A DNA stretch of 44,829 bases from Escherichia phage vB_Eco_Lzu_P3: the sequence record PQ295796; one strand, given 5' to 3'. This document shows positions 41,686 to 44,829 of this stretch, in pieces; the first letter of the stretch is position 1; every line of letters begins with the position of its first letter. Both the position numbers and the translations under genes were made by a program. The notes under the pieces were generated by a model. It was not told the origin of the DNA. It ran no database searches and saw only the letters and a list, made by a program, of their open reading frames with translations.

Positions 41686-44328
41686 TCATCGTTTGTAAAG
41701 TACACCACCCGGTTTCGTCGCTTTCACGATCTCGGCCTTCACCGCCTCGGTGATTTGCTTGCCGAACGCCTGCGCTGTACGGGGGTCTGGGCCGCTCACA
41801 CTGGTGTCTGTTTTACCGGACCCAGTGTAAACGTTAGTCGTCACGACCATACCACCGCCTGCACCCGACGCGGCAACGCCAAGTTTCCCGTCCGGCCCGC
41901 GCTTCAGTGGCATGATGGCCTCGGGTCCAGCCTCACCCATCAATCCTGCGCCCTTAGCGAACGCCTGAACGCCATAACTGAAAAAGGTAGGCTGGCTTAC
42001 CACTTTCCCCGAATAGGCCGCCAGATTGCCTCCTGCGTACGCTCCGCCGTCCGCATTCTTAGTCAGGCCAGAGAAGATAGCGCCGAACAATCCGTTTTTG
42101 CCGCCGTCGCCACCGAAAGCGCTAACGATGGACTTGAATGCCTGCGAGGTGGCCAGCTTGATTAGTTCGCTCAGGATGGATTTAACCATATCCTTTGCGT
42201 TCAGCTTGCCAGTCTCGAAAAACTCGTTCATCGTGTCCTGCATAGCGCTGAACGTGAATTTTGTGAGAGACGTCATCTGCGTATAGCCGTTACCCATTTC
42301 ATCCACGCTATCCTTAAGCCCGCGACTGAAGCCATCCCATAGCGAGGCGTTAGCACCGGTCTGTGCTTCCTGCACTTCGCGCAGCTTAGACACCGCCTTG
42401 TCGATATCCGTATCGTTAGCGCCAACCCGCTTCAGGCGGTCAATTAGCTGCAATTCTTCCCGTAGGTTTGCCGCTTCGCGAGTGGAAAGCGCATAGCCCG
42501 CGGCGGTGGCTTTTAGTTCGGCGTTCTGATTCTTAACGAAGGCATCGATCTGCGCGTGCGCCTTAACCTGCTTCTCTTTCGCGTCCAGCAATTTGGCTTC
42601 TTCGACGATCTGCTCGCGCACTTCCTTCACGCGTCCGAATTCGGCCATCTGCTGCTTTTCGGCTGCCGTTAGTGCTCTTTCTTTGCTCGCAGCGATTAAC
42701 TGCTCATTGTCGGCGATCAGCTTGTTTAGGGCCGCTTGCGCGCGTTGCGTGCGGGTCTGCATAGACGCGTTGGCTTCGATCTGCTTGCCGGATTCTCGAA
42801 GCTGGGCCAGTTCGCTCCGTGCGACTTCCAGCATTTTCATACCGGCATCCACGCGAACAGCCGCGGCCTTCTTCGGGGCCGGGTCTTTGTAACGCTCGTT
42901 TACCTGCTTAACCGCCTCAGCAAGCTCTTTCTCGTCAATAACGCCGCGCTTATTCAGCAAATTGAGGCGGGCGATCTCGTCTGCGCGCTTCTTCGCGTTG
43001 GTTGCGTACTCCTTCTCGAACGCAGCGCGGTCGCGGGCGGTGCGGTTAGCCTCCTCGTTCGCCTTTGCGGATTCGTCTGCGGATCGGGCGTTGTCTCGCT
43101 CCGCACGGTTACGCAAGGTGAGCGACGCCACTACCTTTTCCTGGGCGACCAGTTCGCTATAAAGCATGTTAATACGTGCTTTCTGCGCTTCGGTCATCAC
43201 TCCACCGGCAGCGTTTACCGCTTTCATCTCGGCATAGTAAGCCGTTGTCATGCGCTGGAGTGATTCGCGCGCTTTCATCTCCGACTCATTGGAGGACTGC
43301 GCGCGGCCCACATCCAGGATAGCGTCCCACATAGATTTAGCCGCCGATGTGACGACGTTCATCGACCGCTCAAGCGTGCCCATGTTCGCCTTGATATCGT
43401 TGGTCATAGTGGTGAACGATGCCGCGGCGGTTTTGTTCGCCAGCGCAACTGCGTCTGTCTCACGACCCATATCCACAAGCGACTGCACCTGCTGGATCTG
43501 CGCTTCGTTTACGACGTGATACTTATCTGCCAGTGCGCGCAAACCGCCTACGGGGTCAGTTGACAGCTTCGCCACCGCCGCGACCACATCTTCGACCGGC
43601 TGGCTGGACACCTTAGAGAAGTCATTAACCACCTTCGCCAGTGCACCGAAGTCAGCACCCGCCTTCACACCCGCCGCCGCCAGTGCCTGAATTGTGTCAC
43701 GCGTCTTGCGGAATGATCCGCCCATCCGCTCGGCGTTCTCGGATAGCACCAGGATCTGGTTAGCGGTGAGGCCAGAAATATTACCGGACAGCGCCAGCGT
43801 CTTGTTAAGCGCCGCCACTTGGTTTTCCGCGCGGGACATAATAGACACGCCAACGCCCATCGTTGCCGTTAATGCCGCGATGCCGATCCCTAACGGGCCG
43901 AGTGTGCCGACGACATAACGCAGCGTATTCCCCAACCCGCCAAACGCCCCCGTAAGCTGTGGTAACTGCTGAAGCATGACTCGATGCACCGGCATACCCA
44001 TTTCAAGCGTCACCGCGATATCCTGTAACTGGAATGCGGCGTTCCGCGATGCGAATCCCAGGTTTTTGGTCGACATGCCTAATCGGCTGGCGAGTCGCTC
44101 CTGTTTCGTCATGCCGTCGGCGGCCCGATGCGATTCAGTCGCTAACTTTTCCATCCCGCCAGCGGCGTCACCCGTGACCTTTTTCGTGTTGCCGAGGGTG
44201 TCGTTTAATTTTTTAGCTTTCCATTCCGCAGTCTCGGACTTCTGGGAAAATGAGTCCAGCGCGGTATTTGCCGTTTTGACTTGCGTGGCATCGACCTTTA
44301 GTGTGATGCCTGCTGCTTGATCTGCCAT
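41686..44328 (-). CDS. Tail tape measure protein
   Basis: 880 aa, largely alpha-helical/coiled-coil composition with Gly-rich segments, in the position upstream of M-L-K-I-J. Confidence 0.8.
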   Translation of the reverse strand: MADQAAGITLKVDATQVKTANTALDSFSQKSETAEWKAKKLNDTLGNTKKVTGDAAGGMEKLATESHRAADGMTKQERLASRLGMSTKNLGFASRNAAFQLQDIAVTLEMGMPVHRVMLQQLPQLTGAFGGLGNTLRYVVGTLGPLGIGIAALTATMGVGVSIMSRAENQVAALNKTLALSGNISGLTANQILVLSENAERMGGSFRKTRDTIQALAAAGVKAGADFGALAKVVNDFSKVSSQPVEDVVAAVAKLSTDPVGGLRALADKYHVVNEAQIQQVQSLVDMGRETDAVALANKTAAASFTTMTNDIKANMGTLERSMNVVTSAAKSMWDAILDVGRAQSSNESEMKARESLQRMTTAYYAEMKAVNAAGGVMTEAQKARINMLYSELVAQEKVVASLTLRNRAERDNARSADESAKANEEANRTARDRAAFEKEYATNAKKRADEIARLNLLNKRGVIDEKELAEAVKQVNERYKDPAPKKAAAVRVDAGMKMLEVARSELAQLRESGKQIEANASMQTRTQRAQAALNKLIADNEQLIAASKERALTAAEKQQMAEFGRVKEVREQIVEEAKLLDAKEKQVKAHAQIDAFVKNQNAELKATAAGYALSTREAANLREELQLIDRLKRVGANDTDIDKAVSKLREVQEAQTGANASLWDGFSRGLKDSVDEMGNGYTQMTSLTKFTFSAMQDTMNEFFETGKLNAKDMVKSILSELIKLATSQAFKSIVSAFGGDGGKNGLFGAIFSGLTKNADGGAYAGGNLAAYSGKVVSQPTFFSYGVQAFAKGAGLMGEAGPEAIMPLKRGPDGKLGVAASGAGGGMVVTTNVYTGSGKTDTSVSGPDPRTAQAFGKQITEAVKAEIVKATKPGGVLYKR

Positions 44329-44396
44329 TATGCAGTCCCCTTTTCTATGCAGTTGCCGTCGTTCATTGTATCAGCGAATTTACAACAAACCTTATT

Positions 44397-44711
44397 CAGT
44401 CTCAGACGAGGGGGGCCATTGACCCCCGTCTAGTCTGAAAGACTGGGGGTTGTCCCGCCTGTCCCGATCGGCTAAAACCCGCGGCAGCACTGACGGGGAC
44501 GGGGTGCTGTCCCGCTTTGTCCCGCCTCATTCTGTCCCGCTTTCTGTCCCGTTTGTATTATGCAGAAAAACCGCATAGCTATTCACTTTTAAGGGGCGGG
44601 GCAGATCGGGACAGCACCCCGTCCCGCTTTTAGTTTATGCAATGAAAGTGAGTATATATGCGGTTTAATGGTGGCGGGACAAAACGGGACGTCACGTTTT
44701 GTCCCGCTTCG
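44397..44711. repeat. Iteron element B: paralog of element A with at least eight direct and three inverted TGTCCCGC-type iterons and A+T-rich TTATGCAG/TTATGCGG boxes
   Basis: Direct copies start at 44451, 44460 (degenerate), 44508, 44518, 44533, 44545 (degenerate), 44620 (cGTCCCGC) and 44700. Inverted GCGGGACA-type copies are near 44606, 44674 and 44685. Confidence 0.85.
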
Positions 44712-44829
44712 TTATGCGGGGTTCTGTCGCGCCATTTCGTCCAGCGCAACGCGTTCCATTAGCTTGATATCTTTAAACGCACGTTGCGCGTTTTCGATTC
44801 CGTGCATCTTAAATAACCATTCCAGTACG

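Overview
This window looks like a complete, circularly assembled genome of a virulent tailed phage with a long non-contractile (siphovirus-type) tail, infecting an enterobacterial-type host. The first 127 bp (1..127) are identical to the last 127 bp (44703..44829), so the unique length is about 44.7 kb and the window ends are most likely an assembly overlap, not physical termini. All calls below are from reading the sequence and the ORF translations by eye; no database search or computation was run, so homology-based product names are recognitions of motifs, not search results.

Layout (minus-strand genes are read from high to low coordinate):
- Late/structural block on the minus strand, wrapping the window junction: lysis cassette (14.7-13.7 kb), HTH-metallophosphoesterase, small and large terminase, portal, SPP1 gp7/Mu F-like head protein, an overlapping spanin pair, scaffold, major capsid, head-tail joining proteins, major tail protein and the G/GT chaperone (686..10). 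After the junction come the tape measure and lambda-like M, L, K, I, J tail-tip genes (44328..35471) and a side tail fibre.
- Early/replication block on the plus strand (19.7-32.3 kb): acidic early protein, Cas4-like nuclease, SSB-like protein, family A DNA polymerase, VRR-NUC nuclease, helicase, a C5-methyltransferase-like protein, Dam-type methyltransferase and a HAD hydrolase.
- A leftward early operon (19536..16932) with an HTH regulator and a primase-helicase.
- No integrase, repressor/lysogeny module, tRNA, CRISPR array or phage RNA polymerase was recognised.

Most interesting observations:
1. Two paralogous non-coding elements about 27.7 kb apart (16669..16838 and 44397..44711) share a near-identical 70-bp GC-rich hairpin block followed by direct 8-bp iterons (TGTCCCGC), A+T-rich stretches and TTATGCAG-like boxes. 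One sits just 3' of the primase-helicase gene; the other sits between the tail chaperone and tape-measure genes. I interpret them as a candidate bipartite origin.
2. A TTGGTTGCA / TGCAACCAA motif family recurs in intergenic regions, overlapping sigma70-like promoter elements.
3. A reverse-oriented two-gene cassette with its own promoter and terminator is embedded in the head gene block.
4. A lipoprotein plus beta-helix protein cassette lies between the tail fibre and J genes.
5. A canonical A_AAA_AAC -1 frameshift site joins the tail chaperone G and T frames.
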